This document shows, one piece after another, positions 35,988 to 47,313 of a DNA stretch of 64,000 nt; positions within the stretch are counted from its first letter, which is position 1; every line of letters starts with the position of its first letter. A program made the position numbers and the translations under genes. The stretch comes from Haplodiscus bocki. Its lineage: Eukaryota. Where the stretch lies: assembly GCA_965655095.1 (NCBI GenBank), contig OZ296648.1, positions 151,838,001-151,902,000 on the forward strand, written 5' to 3'. The notes beneath the pieces were generated by a model. That model ran no database searches. It saw nothing but the letters and a program-made list of their open reading frames with translations, and had not been told where the DNA came from.

Positions 35988-38900
35988 CTAGGAATGCGGG
36001 AAGATGGGGGAACAAGAGAAGTTCCCAGTTGTGAAGAGGGGTTTGACAAGGTACCAAAGGAACAAAAGAATCCGACAAAACCGAAGGATCAGAAGAGGAA
36101 GAAGTACAGGGATAGAGACACGGTTACGTGCTCGTTCCACAAAGGATTCAGAAAATCCTGAAAAGGTGGATGATGAAGATCCCCATTGAGACGGAGGGTA
36201 AATTTGAGGAGTATAAATGAAAATCGACGTAGAATGACAACTAGGTGTCGTCGCAACAGTATAAATAAGCGTTGAGGGTGTGTGGGCTGCAGCGACAGTC
36301 AATACGTTGGAAGAATCAAATGAGGCTTCTGAAAGTCTACGGCCTGCTGAATCGTCCGTTAAAAAGCGTACATTCGTCAAAGATAGGGGTGAAGACTCGG
36401 TGTCAGAAAACGTGTCAGGAGGTGAAAGAGGGTCAGAATCAAATGCAGCTAAAATTGGGGCAACTGATTGTGGGGTAACCTGAGCACGAGGTGGGGATGG
36501 CGCTACTAAGCGAAGTGCCATGCGGAGTGGCACGTAGCGCAAAAGAACATTAGGTTGATTAGATGGTTCAACTTCAGGGGAAAAAGTTGTATCAGTGAGA
36601 AGATCAGGTAAAGCATGGTCAAAAACGGCGAGTTCAGAACAATTTCTGGTAATAGGGTCAGGTTGAAAAACCAGAGGGTTAAAGCCAGAAAAGTCTTCCA
36701 CTGAGTATTGGGGTGTGATAGGCCGTAACCTAATGCAATGGGATACTGAGCGAAGAGTGTGCCAACTTCACGAATAATATAATTCGAATTTGTTAGGACT
36801 TGTCCAATACGGTAGTGGCAACCATTTAGTCAGGGATTCACCCATATGTTCATTGACATTCGATAGTTTCGGATTCAGGAGTATTTAAAAACAGTGCTTT
36901 TTGAGAGTAAGAGCTATCCCGTCATGAGACTGTCGTTATTAGCTGTACACGGAAACCGTGGTATCTCATGAATACTTCATTCATGCGATCTTGTAAAGAA
37001 CTAATGAATTCATATCGCGTTTGTAAGTTTTGTTTCATTTTCTCGTGGAAACGAAGATCTAAGGGAGTAATTGGTAGTCGACCAGGGAAGACAAAAATAG
37101 CAGTACACCCTATAGAAGTTAGTAGGAAGTTTTGTTCAGAAAAACTGCAAAATCGACATAGTTATGCCAATCGCGTTTCATATGATTCTCGTAGATACCA
37201 AGATACTGTTTGAGAGACGCCTGAGTGCGCTCACATAACCTATTAGTCTCTGGGTGCTTGACAGTGGCATAATCAATGTCAACTTCAAGAATTTCACAAA
37301 GACGAGCAGTAAAAGCGGTGCCCATATCCGAAAGAAAGATCTTATGCATACGGGACGTTCGAATGAAAACCTGGAAAAGCTGCTTAGCGCCATTGGAAGC
37401 ACCGGCGTTGCGCACGGGAACGGTGAGAACGTACTTCGAAAAGACATCTTTTGCGGTTAAAATCAAGGTGAAACCTGCCGATTCTGGTAACCTGCCAACT
37501 AAATCGATTTGAAGCATGTCACCAAAGAAATGCTTATCCGTGGCGAGAGAAAGAAACGGGGGTTTGGGTGTTCCATGTTTCACCGGTTTCATTTGCAAGT
37601 CTGAATGGCGGTTTTTGATGTAATTCGTAAGGTATTCAACAAAATTCAAGAAGTAGAAACGTTGTCTAAACAGTTCCGCTGTTTTGGCAATACCATTTTG
37701 ACCGGCATAAGTACTGTTGTGTACCCGATAAAGGAGTTCTTGTCGCATGTGGGCTGGGACCACATTTTGCCGTGTAACATTGCCCCCTGTATGGTCAAAA
37801 AAATCCGATAGAGCACTCCATGGTGACATTCAAGACGTGTAAAATGTTCAAGAAATTTGAAAAATTCGCTATTCCAATGAGCCGAAGAAGGAGGTAGTAC
37901 TTTTTCTATCCACTCAGTGAATTGCATAATATTCAGATCTTTCTGCTGTTCAATCTGCCATTGGATCGCAGTCAGGCAGTCCGTTGATTTTATGACTATC
38001 CAATGGGTTAGGAACATGCAGTGCATTCAAAGAGTACAATACTCGCAAGTTCATGATGTCAATAGGACTTCAGTCATGACGCATGTCATTAATGGAGTCT
38101 TCGGAGACTTGTATTCTCATTCGTAAGGACACATCACGCGTGGGAAGTTTCGAGTTATTGCGCTATTCAAGCTTGTGTGCGGATGTATATGTTGCGTGAC
38201 AAGTAGTCAGCGGCGGCAACTCCTTTGCCTTGAATGTGAAGGAGGACAAAGTTGAAAATCAAGACATGATCGACACATGTCCAAAAACTAAAAGGAATCC
38301 TTTCAGTTAAGACAAGTACTGGCTTTGAGCTTCCCCATAGAACATGGGGGTAAATATCAAAAGCGAAATGTAAGGCCAAAAACTCTTTGAAGTATAATGA
38401 CAGTTTCCAGTAAATTGTGAAGATTAGAAGCTTCTATGCATCTATGATGTTCATCCGTAAGTTGCAATTCGGCATTGTTTCGAAGGAGTTGCGAAGAAGG
38501 TAGGAGTTTTCCTCCTATTTTCGGGATGAAGGAAGGTACTGGAAAAATCCGACGAAGCGTCGAATCTGCTTCGGGCTTTTTGGAACTTCAAGAGTCTAAA
38601 GGAAATGAGAAACTTTCGTTTTATTCCGAGACATGCTTTCGGTAGTAATTGCAAAACCGAGGAATGTCATTTTGCCTTCAATCCAAATTCACATTTCGAA
38701 GGTGTCAATTTAAGTCATGAATCATTCAATTTTTCAAGGCATGTAAAAACTGCTTTAAGGTTGTCAAAAAACTTCAAACGTAGCGGCGGCAGCACTTAAA
38801 TCATCTACATACTGGTCTGCAACTATGCAAGGATATATTTACTTTTAAAGAAAAGCTGAAAACACAGAACGGCTAAAACACTACGCGAGACGTAAGTACG

Positions 38901-40360
38901 CAAACGTTCCTGAAAGCAAGTAAAAAAATTTGGACAGAAGGAGAGTCAGCCAACTGAAGCACACGATGGGCTTGACTAGAGTCTAGTTTAGCGAAGAACT
39001 TTTTCCCAGCAAGATGTGCGTTAACATAAGCTAAGGTAGCGATAGGAAATTTATGATTGTCGTAAACGAGGCGAATAAGTAGTGAATTCGTCGAAGATCA
39101 ACTGAAAGACGTAATTTTCCAGAGGGTTTATGGACGGCAAAAATGGGACTCCAGTATTTCGAGTAGGTGAGAGTGGTGATAATTCCCCAGTATTGCAAAA
39201 GTGCAAGTTCAACAAGAATTTCATCACGATAATGTATTGGTGTCGGTGGACCTTGTGTATACATTGCGTCCGAGTTTTCCGGAGTGATTTGCACCTTGAC
39301 ATGTTTGTTCGCACCTATGTCAAGGGGATGACGCGCAACAATATGGTAAAATCTTATAAAAAAGGTCTTCCACGGTTCAATTCTATGTAACATTGAAGAC
39401 AGAATTCTCCAAGGAAATTGTTTCAGGAATTGTTGTCTATCTTCTTCAGATTTTAGGGGATTCAATGTTTCTTGTGACTTGAGTTTAGAAAGTTCACCGT
39501 AGATCCTATGATTAATTTCTGTAACGAGTTCAGGAGTTTTACAATTTTCCGGCGTACGAAACCAAAGAATCGTTACCCGGATAGACCTTGGTTTCCGAAT
39601 CAGCTATTAAATAATTCAGTTGTTCATTAAAGGATCTAGTCTAGAGTGCAGGATTCACTGGTTGTAGGTACGTAGCTAGTTTCGGTGTAAGGATCGCTAT
39701 TCGAGCGGCTTGAGAGTTTCTGGATTAAGTGATGTTATGTGGCATAACGTTCAAAACACCTAGCGAACTTTTGTCTTCGTCTCATTTTACAAAAGCCCTT
39801 GTGATACAGAGACCTGTATCTTTTTCAAATTCAGGGCTCTGTTGTACTAAAGCAACTGTACGTTCAGGGAAGGTACTGTGCTGCAAACAGTAAGAAAAAA
39901 CTGAAGAACTCGGTTTTATGGTCAGAGAAAGATTAGAATAAAAAAGAGGTTCTTTCTCGAACTAAGCCAACTAATTTTTCTATCACAGTGTAGACGCTCA
40001 AATATTTGTAGAGTTAGATTAGGCAACTTAAGAGTAAGTGTTTTCGGGTGAACAGCAATGTCGTTATGTTCAAAAAATGGCAGACCTAAAATGGTCTGAT
40101 TCACAGTCTTAAGAATGAAAAATTCTCAGTAAAAGTTTCATTAGCTATAGAAAATCGCGAAGAGTTTCAGAGGTGGGGACAGCAGCATCATTGCCTACTT
40201 TGAAACTGCTCTGTTGGGCACAAAATTGAGATATAGCAGAAGGATACAGGCGTTTGGGTTTCTGAAAATTTTTTTAAGGCATGGCGCTGGAAAAGGCACC
40301 AGTATCTACAAGAGCCTTTATTGGAAACGAAAAAGTTATCGCTATACAGAAACGAAAACT
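35988..40360 (-). pseudogene. pol: Gypsy pol (protease, RT, RNase H, integrase, long S/P/T-rich C-terminal tail), multiply disrupted
   Basis: RALVDTGAFSSA (protease); WSPIFAVHKPSGKLRLSVDLRRI (RT); AADYLSR (RNase H end); LQIDLVG..SDMGTAFT..HPETNRLCER (integrase); IRLRP running into ORF 35988..36701. Confidence 0.9.
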
Positions 40361-40449
40361 ACGGGGCTTGTTAATTACTACCATAATAGGAGATAAAGGA
40401 GAAAGCGACAAGGGGCAGTGTGTAGCTCAAGTAATATTTTCGGTTCTGG

Positions 40450-41621
40450 TTCATCTGTTGTTGATTTTACATCGGTTGTGGCATCATCTGTTGATGCGGC
40501 AACATCTGAAATTGTGATTGATTGTAAGGTGAAACATCTTGATAGGGTAAAGGTGGAACTGCGCGGTACGTCTGACTAAACCAACAATTAGCGGGTATAA
40601 GACCAAAATTGTTGCAAATATTGCAATGACTACGAACCGATTGTGCGCGGTACTGATTCTGGTTATTGTTTCGGAAATTGGAGTTTCGGGGCGCCAATTC
40701 TGTTGATTATTTTGTGAAATTTGCTGAAAATGTCGGCAGCGCTGATGATGGTTTCCACGTGGATCAAAACTGCGAGGACCAATGTTGATTCTGTTGAAAT
40801 TATTATTTCCATTGTTGTTATTGTTTTTGCGTCTCTGCTGGCTATCATTTTGATTATTGGGTCGATTGTTGTTTCCAAGCTGGTTGATGGAAGATTCTGA
40901 GAGGGTTTTGCTGATTTTCTCTAGTTCATCCGTAATCTTTGACATTCCTTGTTGGAACTTGTTTTGGGCTTTCGTCAATTCTTCGATTCCGGCGAAGAAA
41001 ATTTTTCATGACTCATCTGGAATTTCATTAAATGCTGTGTCATCATCTTCAAGACAGAGCCGAGCTACTATCATTTGACTAGCTGCTTTGGCACAAAAGT
41101 CATCTATTGTTGAATTTTTGCGTTGTCAGGAGAAATCGATTAAGTTTCAATGGCATTCCGTTGATGAATGCTTCTCGAATTCGGCGGTTTCTTTCTTGTT
41201 CTCTGTTTTCTGCAAGCAGGGCTGGGCGACCTCCTGCAGCTTCTAGTGCCTTTATATTTGAGTATGCTTCCAGCGCCAGGCGTTGCAAGTCTGTAAAAAA
41301 ATCCTGAGCACTTTCATCTGAGGCTTTAATCTTTCTGGACTGGAAGAGTAGTTTCTGCAAGTGCACACGCTGATCATCTCTGTAGCGCTCTCGGAGAGCT
41401 GTTATTGCATTGGCGTAATCGGTGCGGGTAGTTTCTGGTAGTTGGTCCAAATATGTCACTGCACCTCCTTTGAGGTGAAGATGTAGATATGTATGGCGGT
41501 CTGCATCAGCAATTCCAGCAACATCAATGCAACTATTGAGTTGTCGTATGACTTCTTCAAAATTTTCTTTTTCAGTGCCTTTACAAGGCTGTAAAATCAC
41601 AAATGGTTGTATGGCGGCCAT
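40450..41621 (-). pseudogene. gag: Gypsy gag with Asn/Gln-rich region and decayed CCHC knuckle
   Basis: ORF 41100..41621 (LHLHLKGGAVTYL..ESAQDFFTDLQRLALEAY..IREAFING) and CNICNNFGLIPANC near 40620. Confidence 0.85.
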
Positions 41622-41734
41622 AACTTCAAATGAAGTAGAAAAGTGAAAGTAAAGATGAAGAAATTTGTTTTAGAATTGCGTGGCTGTGAGAATGGCGAGT
41701 GTTCGTGGTTTCCGATGTTCAGGAGTTAACAAGA

Positions 41735-41750
41735 GAAAGGACTCCTGCCA
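41735..41750 (-). promoter_or_regulatory. Putative primer-binding site
   Basis: TGGCAGGAGTCC.. begins 3 nt inside the 5' LTR end; cognate tRNA not identified. Confidence 0.5.
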
Positions 41751-41753
41751 TCA

Positions 41754-42190
41754 TGTGATGTCATGGCTCGCAGCGGTGGCAAAGCAGAATTTTATACAAT
41801 TCAGTAGTCATTTGTGGTGCTTTCAGTTTGAAAATTATGGTTTGAATTTAGATGCAATCGTTGATTACAACAGTTTTCCCTAGAAAGTTAACTCGAAGAA
41901 AATAGATTGTTGGAGACAGAAATAGTTCTACAAAATAAAAGCGAAAAGGTTGCTGAACATATCTCAATTAATGAAGGCATAAGTAAAATGCACTAGAAGT
42001 ACCACTAGACTGGTTACTAAGTTAGTTATGCGGCTTGTGTGGTCTCAGAAAGGTTGTTTTAAAATCTTTGATTCTTTGGTGATCTGGCTTCCTCTCATTG
42101 GCCCGTGACTGTGATTGGTCCACGTCTTCTTCGGAATAGGTCGTTCATCTGTTGCTGCTTCTTTGACATATCTTGGTGAATATCATGACA
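41754..42190 (-). repeat. 5' LTR
   Basis: Homologous to 30333-30757, visibly diverged (roughly 15% by eye), so an old insertion. Confidence 0.9.
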
Positions 42191-43547
42191 CATTCGATAC
42201 GCATTCTACAAAAAATTTGCTGCATTTAGCGATTTTGGATAAATTCAAGGTTTTATTCTCGAAGAAACCCTTCTATTTTTCCAAAAACCCAAATTTCGTT
42301 TGTTTTGAGAAATCATTTCACGGCAAATTTTATACAATTTGGTGGGAAAAAATTTCACGTTCAGAAACGAACGAACATCGTTTAACAACGCAATTGGCAA
42401 ACATCGGGTGAAAAATCGTTCCATTTAAGAGGAAGATTTTCCTTCCATATTTTATAAATATGGGGAAAATAATATTGTTTTGGAGAGAGCGAGAACAGAT
42501 ATTACGAAGAGTTCAGAATGTCACACCTTCAATTCTCTCCAATTGGGATCGGCTATAAAGCCAGAGACAATTATGGAAAAAGACTGACCGCCAGGCGAAA
42601 GTACATTTATGAGGGGAGACTGGATGACGGCTGGGAAAACGGAAGAGAAAGCCACGGAGGAAGCAAAAGCCATATTTCAGTATAGGGCGCTTTGGATGCA
42701 GGCTGACTGACGACGATCCGCTCTGAGATTTTAAAAACTTGCTTTGGACGAGTTTGTGCATAAGGAGCTGCGAGTGGAGGCGGCTCAGAGTACTTTTGCA
42801 ATAATATTGCTTGGCATTCGTGCCCCTCTCATTTGCATCTTTCTTCTGTTGCGTTCGCCCTTTTCTAGAAGCCCACCACCGATTCAAAAAGGTATCAGTC
42901 TCAGATTCCTACTATTAGCGCTAAAAAGCGAAAGTTTTCAATTAACGAAAGGTACCGACAGTTATCAATGACAAACTTAGCAACAAATATTTAAGCAATT
43001 CACGGCTTTTGGAAAGTCCATGAAAATGTTCTACCTCTCCTTTCAAAGTTGGCCGGAGCATATTGCTGCTAGTACTCGATATCTGCCTAAATCCGAAAGC
43101 AAAGTTTTTAGGCATGCAATTTAAACGCCACTGATGATAGTCTTAGCTTGAATACATACACCATTGAGAAATTGGATCTTTTTGTTTTTTCAATTACCTT
43201 TTTTAATGAATTTTTTTGAAAGCTCAATTTATTTGCAATTTTGAACACTTTGGCAAGTTTTGAGACCAGATTGTTGAAATTTAACGCACACGTGAGTCTT
43301 TATATCGCAAAAACAATCCGCATATAACCGATTTCCCCGGATCGGTCTTAATATTCGTCTAGTTCCATAGAAACTTTCAATACAAACGGAAAAAAACGCA
43401 ACAAAAATGTTGACAATTCTTCAACTTCGCATTACAATAAGTTCCAGACATATGTGAAAAACGGTTCAAGCATTTAGGTAATAATAATGAAACCAATAGC
43501 CTTCAATAATTCACAGAAACATGCAACTTATGAAAAGTTATTATTAC

Positions 43548-43664
43548 CTGGAAGGTTTTTCCAAGTCCCATTTCATCCGCCAAAATAGATCCATGGCCTT
43601 CTCCGAAATTCGAAAGAAGCCAACTGACACCTTTCTTTTGATAATCTTTCAATTGTCTCGCCAT
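43548..43664 (-). CDS. CHD1L: CHD1L exon 1 (39 aa; Q motif and Walker A), missed by the ORF track
   Basis: MARQLKDYQKKGVSWLLSNFGEGHGSILADEMGLGKTFQ, then donor gtaata; in-frame stop upstream of the ATG. Spliced protein is 979 aa. Confidence 0.92.
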
Positions 43665-43809
43665 TAAATAAAGGAAAATCTACATCGTTCGTCACATTTT
43701 TCAACTCTGAAAACTAAACTACATCACAATAAAATTCAACCTTCCGTAACACTACATCACAAACAGACAGATGGTGATCCCACTCACCTTTCGGTCTAGT
43801 CTAGACAAT

Positions 43810-44340
43810 CGCCCCCCCCCCCCAGATTTCGGAATTTAAAGAAGTCCTGTGGGAAAATCAGGTTAATCAAAAATTAACAAAAGGAAATTTGACGGGTGCT
43901 AAATAACCAGAATCTTCCTCAGATCGTTTAAAGAACTTTGAATCTGTAGAAGACACCACAAATTGTATGGAACAATGTCTGATTCCAAAAGGCAACAGAA
44001 GGAATGTGTCTACCTATAAGTGTTTCCATTCGAAAGAAACGACGGTCAATTTTATTGCTCTAGAAACATAAAGTACACCAAAAATTGGCGGCAGTAGAAT
44101 GATGGCAATACTCAATGAAAAACTTGAATTTATCCGTGAACAAGAGGAATCTGTAAATTTTGTTATAGTAAACTGAGCTTATTGGAAATCATTAGGAGGC
44201 GCAAGTGTTCGACGCGAAGTTTCATGGCTTGGAAAAAAGTTGGACTATAAAATATTTCGCCTTCAGCTGTGAAATTATAAAACATTTTATGAAGTAGCGG
44301 AAAGATCGTTCCAGCAATCAATTTCAGCACCAGAATCATT
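43810..44340 (+). mobile_element. Very degenerate LINE RT N-terminal fragment
   Basis: Remnants P.ISEFKEVL, LIPKG and LEFIREQEE in the order expected for RTE-type RT. Confidence 0.4.
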
Positions 44341-44349
44341 TTCATTTAA

Positions 44350-46500
44350 AGATCTGAGGAAACAGTATCTAATGGAAGAAGATCTAAAGAAAATCACTTC
44401 GAGAATAAGATCTGATGGAATATGATCTAAAGAAATAAGATCTAACGGAATAAAATCTTATGGAATGAAATTTAAGGGAACAAGATCTGATGTATTAAAT
44501 GTCCCACAATAGGACATCTCACTTTTCAAGAAAAACAAAAAGAGCGGCCTTTTCTACGAAATTTTTTACGATCAATGAACTCATTTATAAGCATTTATAA
44601 GCATTAAAATGTCAACATATTACAAAAAGTATACAGAAATAAAGAAGCTGAAAAAAACAGCTGGTGCACCATTAAGATTAAAGCACTGAAAGACATTGAA
44701 ATATCATTCAAAATTGTCAAAATCAATCGATATGTTATTGGATAATCGACATCCACATAATTGACAGTTCTCTGTCTTGACACATGAGGCACAAACAATA
44801 CGTCCGCATGTTTGGACAAGGAAGCAATAGGTTTCTCATCACAAACTGAATACAAATCGTATTCTTCTTCATCAACCTCCTCCCGAAACAGATTACTACT
44901 ACCGTAAAAATCATCATCATCAAGCTCATCGGCAGTATTATTCTCTACCTATTCTTCAAACTCCTTCAGCAACTCCGCTGCTCTCAAAGACCTCCTAATT
45001 CCACACCGACGCGAATAAGGAACTCGGCGGCATTTATTCGTTCAATTCCCTCCGCAACCGGTGTTGCGCTGACCACAGCTTTTGACAATTTCGCTGAGCG
45101 CCTGCGGGTTTCCCGGCAGTTTTCGACTTGCTGTAGCTGAACACTTGAAAAAAATCATGCATTTTAATGAATAAGCAAAAATTTGGATAACGAGATTTGA
45201 ACATTCGTGACAGGACACAGTGAGAATTCTCCACCTCGGAGATATTTCGTCTAGCACAGCTGTAGTCGGGGAGATGTCCCTAGGGTAATTTTAGAATCCA
45301 ATATTTCTCAAATCATGTATAGAACCAAACAACCTAATTACCCTTGTTCCTTGCTTTAATGTAGACTGTTGGTGCCAAAAACGTTAAAAAACACCTCTTG
45401 TCGAGAAGCAACGCCATCAATATTTTCTGGCAGATAAAAATGCCTTCATTTTCACCAATGGCGAGTTTGGAAGGATTTCTCCAAAAAGTTGAACGAAAGT
45501 GGGATAGACATCCTTGCATTTGCGATTCGATACTGAGTTGGATCGATGAATGTAGTCTAGTTTTGAAATCGACAACGTATTTATTTCGCTTCAAACTTGG
45601 GAATACGTTTCGTTTGAAGAGGAAAAGGGCATCGTACATTAGTTGTGACTTGAGTCATGAGCGCATTGAGCACCGGAAACCATTAAAAAAATTTTTTAAA
45701 TGGCAATTGGTAAAACAATTTGGCGATATCCTAAATGTAGCATCAGCGTGAACAACTAACAAAGTTTTCAAAGGTTCGCGTGTCACATCACGGGAAAATA
45801 GAAAATATAATAGCGAATTTCACCCATTCTCTCAAAGACCGGTACAAAAGGGCAGGTTTTTTTCAGGGCACTTCTGATTTCCTTCGCTAAGGTAGGAATG
45901 GGTGGTGAAAACTCTTCCTACGTTAACCCGTTGCCCAATGCAGCTTCAAGGAAGTTTGAATATTTCACTTAACAGCAGCATGACAGTCCTTATCTGTCTG
46001 AGGGGTTGCAAGTTGTACCTTCAATGTTTTTAATTCCACTCTCACTTTTTATTTTCCTGACTTTAGCCAAATCTGTTTCATGTTGACTTTAAAAATTCAA
46101 ATAAAATGATTGTCTTGTTTGAAAGCTATGCTGATACAACCGTCTCGCTATCGATGGCATCTTAGTTTCCTTCTCTGGTATTGTTGTCGGGTATGTGTGT
46201 TGTCTCTGGTATCAACGAAGCCTTTATGAACAAAAGTCACCAGACTTTTACGTTTGATCTCTATTTTCTCAAGACCTGGCGTTGCTATTTTATAAACTCA
46301 CAAAATTTTGCAAAAATTTTGTTTGTTTTAAAGCTAAATTAGATGGTATTCCACGTCAGACTTTTTCTCATTCTAAATCTTATTCCATTAAACTTAATCC
46401 CGAATAAAATCTTCCACCATCACTGTGCAACTCAGCCCTTCAAAACTTTAGATCTTAGTTCATTCGATTTTCTTCTCTAGATCATATCTCACTCTCTAAA
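44350..46500 (-). mobile_element. MULE/Mutator-like transposon relic with 15-bp-unit subterminal repeats
   Basis: Transposase remnants ADATF, YVVDFK and MQGCLSHFRSTFWR (45334..45750); ~15-bp gaataagatctaatg repeats at 44370-44495, mirrored in inverted form at ~46340-46490. Confidence 0.6.
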
Positions 46501-46789
46501 ATTTTGAAACAGAAAACATCGTCTTGACGCTTTGCGATTTCACTTGGCTGTTCAACAGTGCGTACAAAAATTGCCGTTGTCAGCCACCCAAATATTCAGA
46601 GATCGAGCCTCAAGGGAAAAACAACTATTAAACAACAATGGGTGACAAAACTAACTTTGTAAAACATTTTCCATGTATCAGTAAATCTTCACCGTGTGTT
46701 TCGTTCTTCTACTGCACTCTTTGAAAATAGTTCTCAAAATTTTTCTTGTCACCGTGTTGATAATTATCTATAGTTGAAAAAAAATTATA

Positions 46790-47100
46790 CTTGTACCTCT
46801 TGGTTGTCAAAACGAATCGCTACCTCAAGCTCTCTTTAGACATCCCATAGTCAAAACAATCCTCTCTCAGTCCAGTAGGAACCCTTATCATGATAATCTC
46901 CGTTTGTTCCGTCCAATTGCTTGCGGAAATTTTGGTAGTGACGGTCTCGTTGCTTCAACAAAATTTTCAGTACCGGAGTTTCCTTCAAAAACCGGAGAAG
47001 ACAGCAAAATTTTTACTGGTGTTTTACCGAGTGAAATTCATGACGTTGAGCAGATCGTGAAAATGAACCTATATGTTTATTCCATTTGCTTTCATGAAGA
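46790..47100 (+). repeat. Diverged partial duplicate of pPolB segment 47755-48045
   Basis: Both loci carry tacctcttggttgtcaaaacg..ccttatcatgataatctc..ccgagtgaaattcat..tattccatttg. Confidence 0.8.
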
Positions 47101-47313
47101 GCTCATCAGTTCCAGTGTACGCAGTGCCCAGCATCATTCACCACATCTAAGAAACTGACATATCATTCGGCAGCCAAACATTCGACAAAGTCTTCAAACC
47201 CAAAATTTCAATGCTTTTTTTGTTATCTATCTTTTTAAACCTTCAACAGACTCAGTTATCACAAACGCATTGCCCATAGTGAAAGTCGACAAAAATCATC
47301 CGAAAACGTTGAC

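Larger units (their letters stand above)
30333..42190 (-). mobile_element. Full-length, degenerate Ty3/Gypsy LTR retrotransposon with env (errantivirus-like), 11.86 kb
   Basis: Two homologous LTRs with TG..CA ends, TSD CATTT (30328-30332) / CATTC (42191-42195), and gag-PR-RT-RH-IN order followed by env. Confidence 0.92.
27634..43547 (-). other. CHD1L intron, 15,914 bp, filled with transposable elements
   Basis: GT..AG ends (cag|gtaata at 43548/43547; gacag| at 27634); phase 0 join gives GLGKTFQ|VLSFL. Confidence 0.9.

Noticed and set aside
35988-36701. Independent accessory ORF after pol
   Set aside because: It is in frame with the integrase C-terminal IRLRP segment and has no ATG, so it is treated as a pol tail.
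42513-42971. GC-richer patch with short ORFs on both strands
   Set aside because: No recognisable motif; probably a TE fragment but not assignable by eye.
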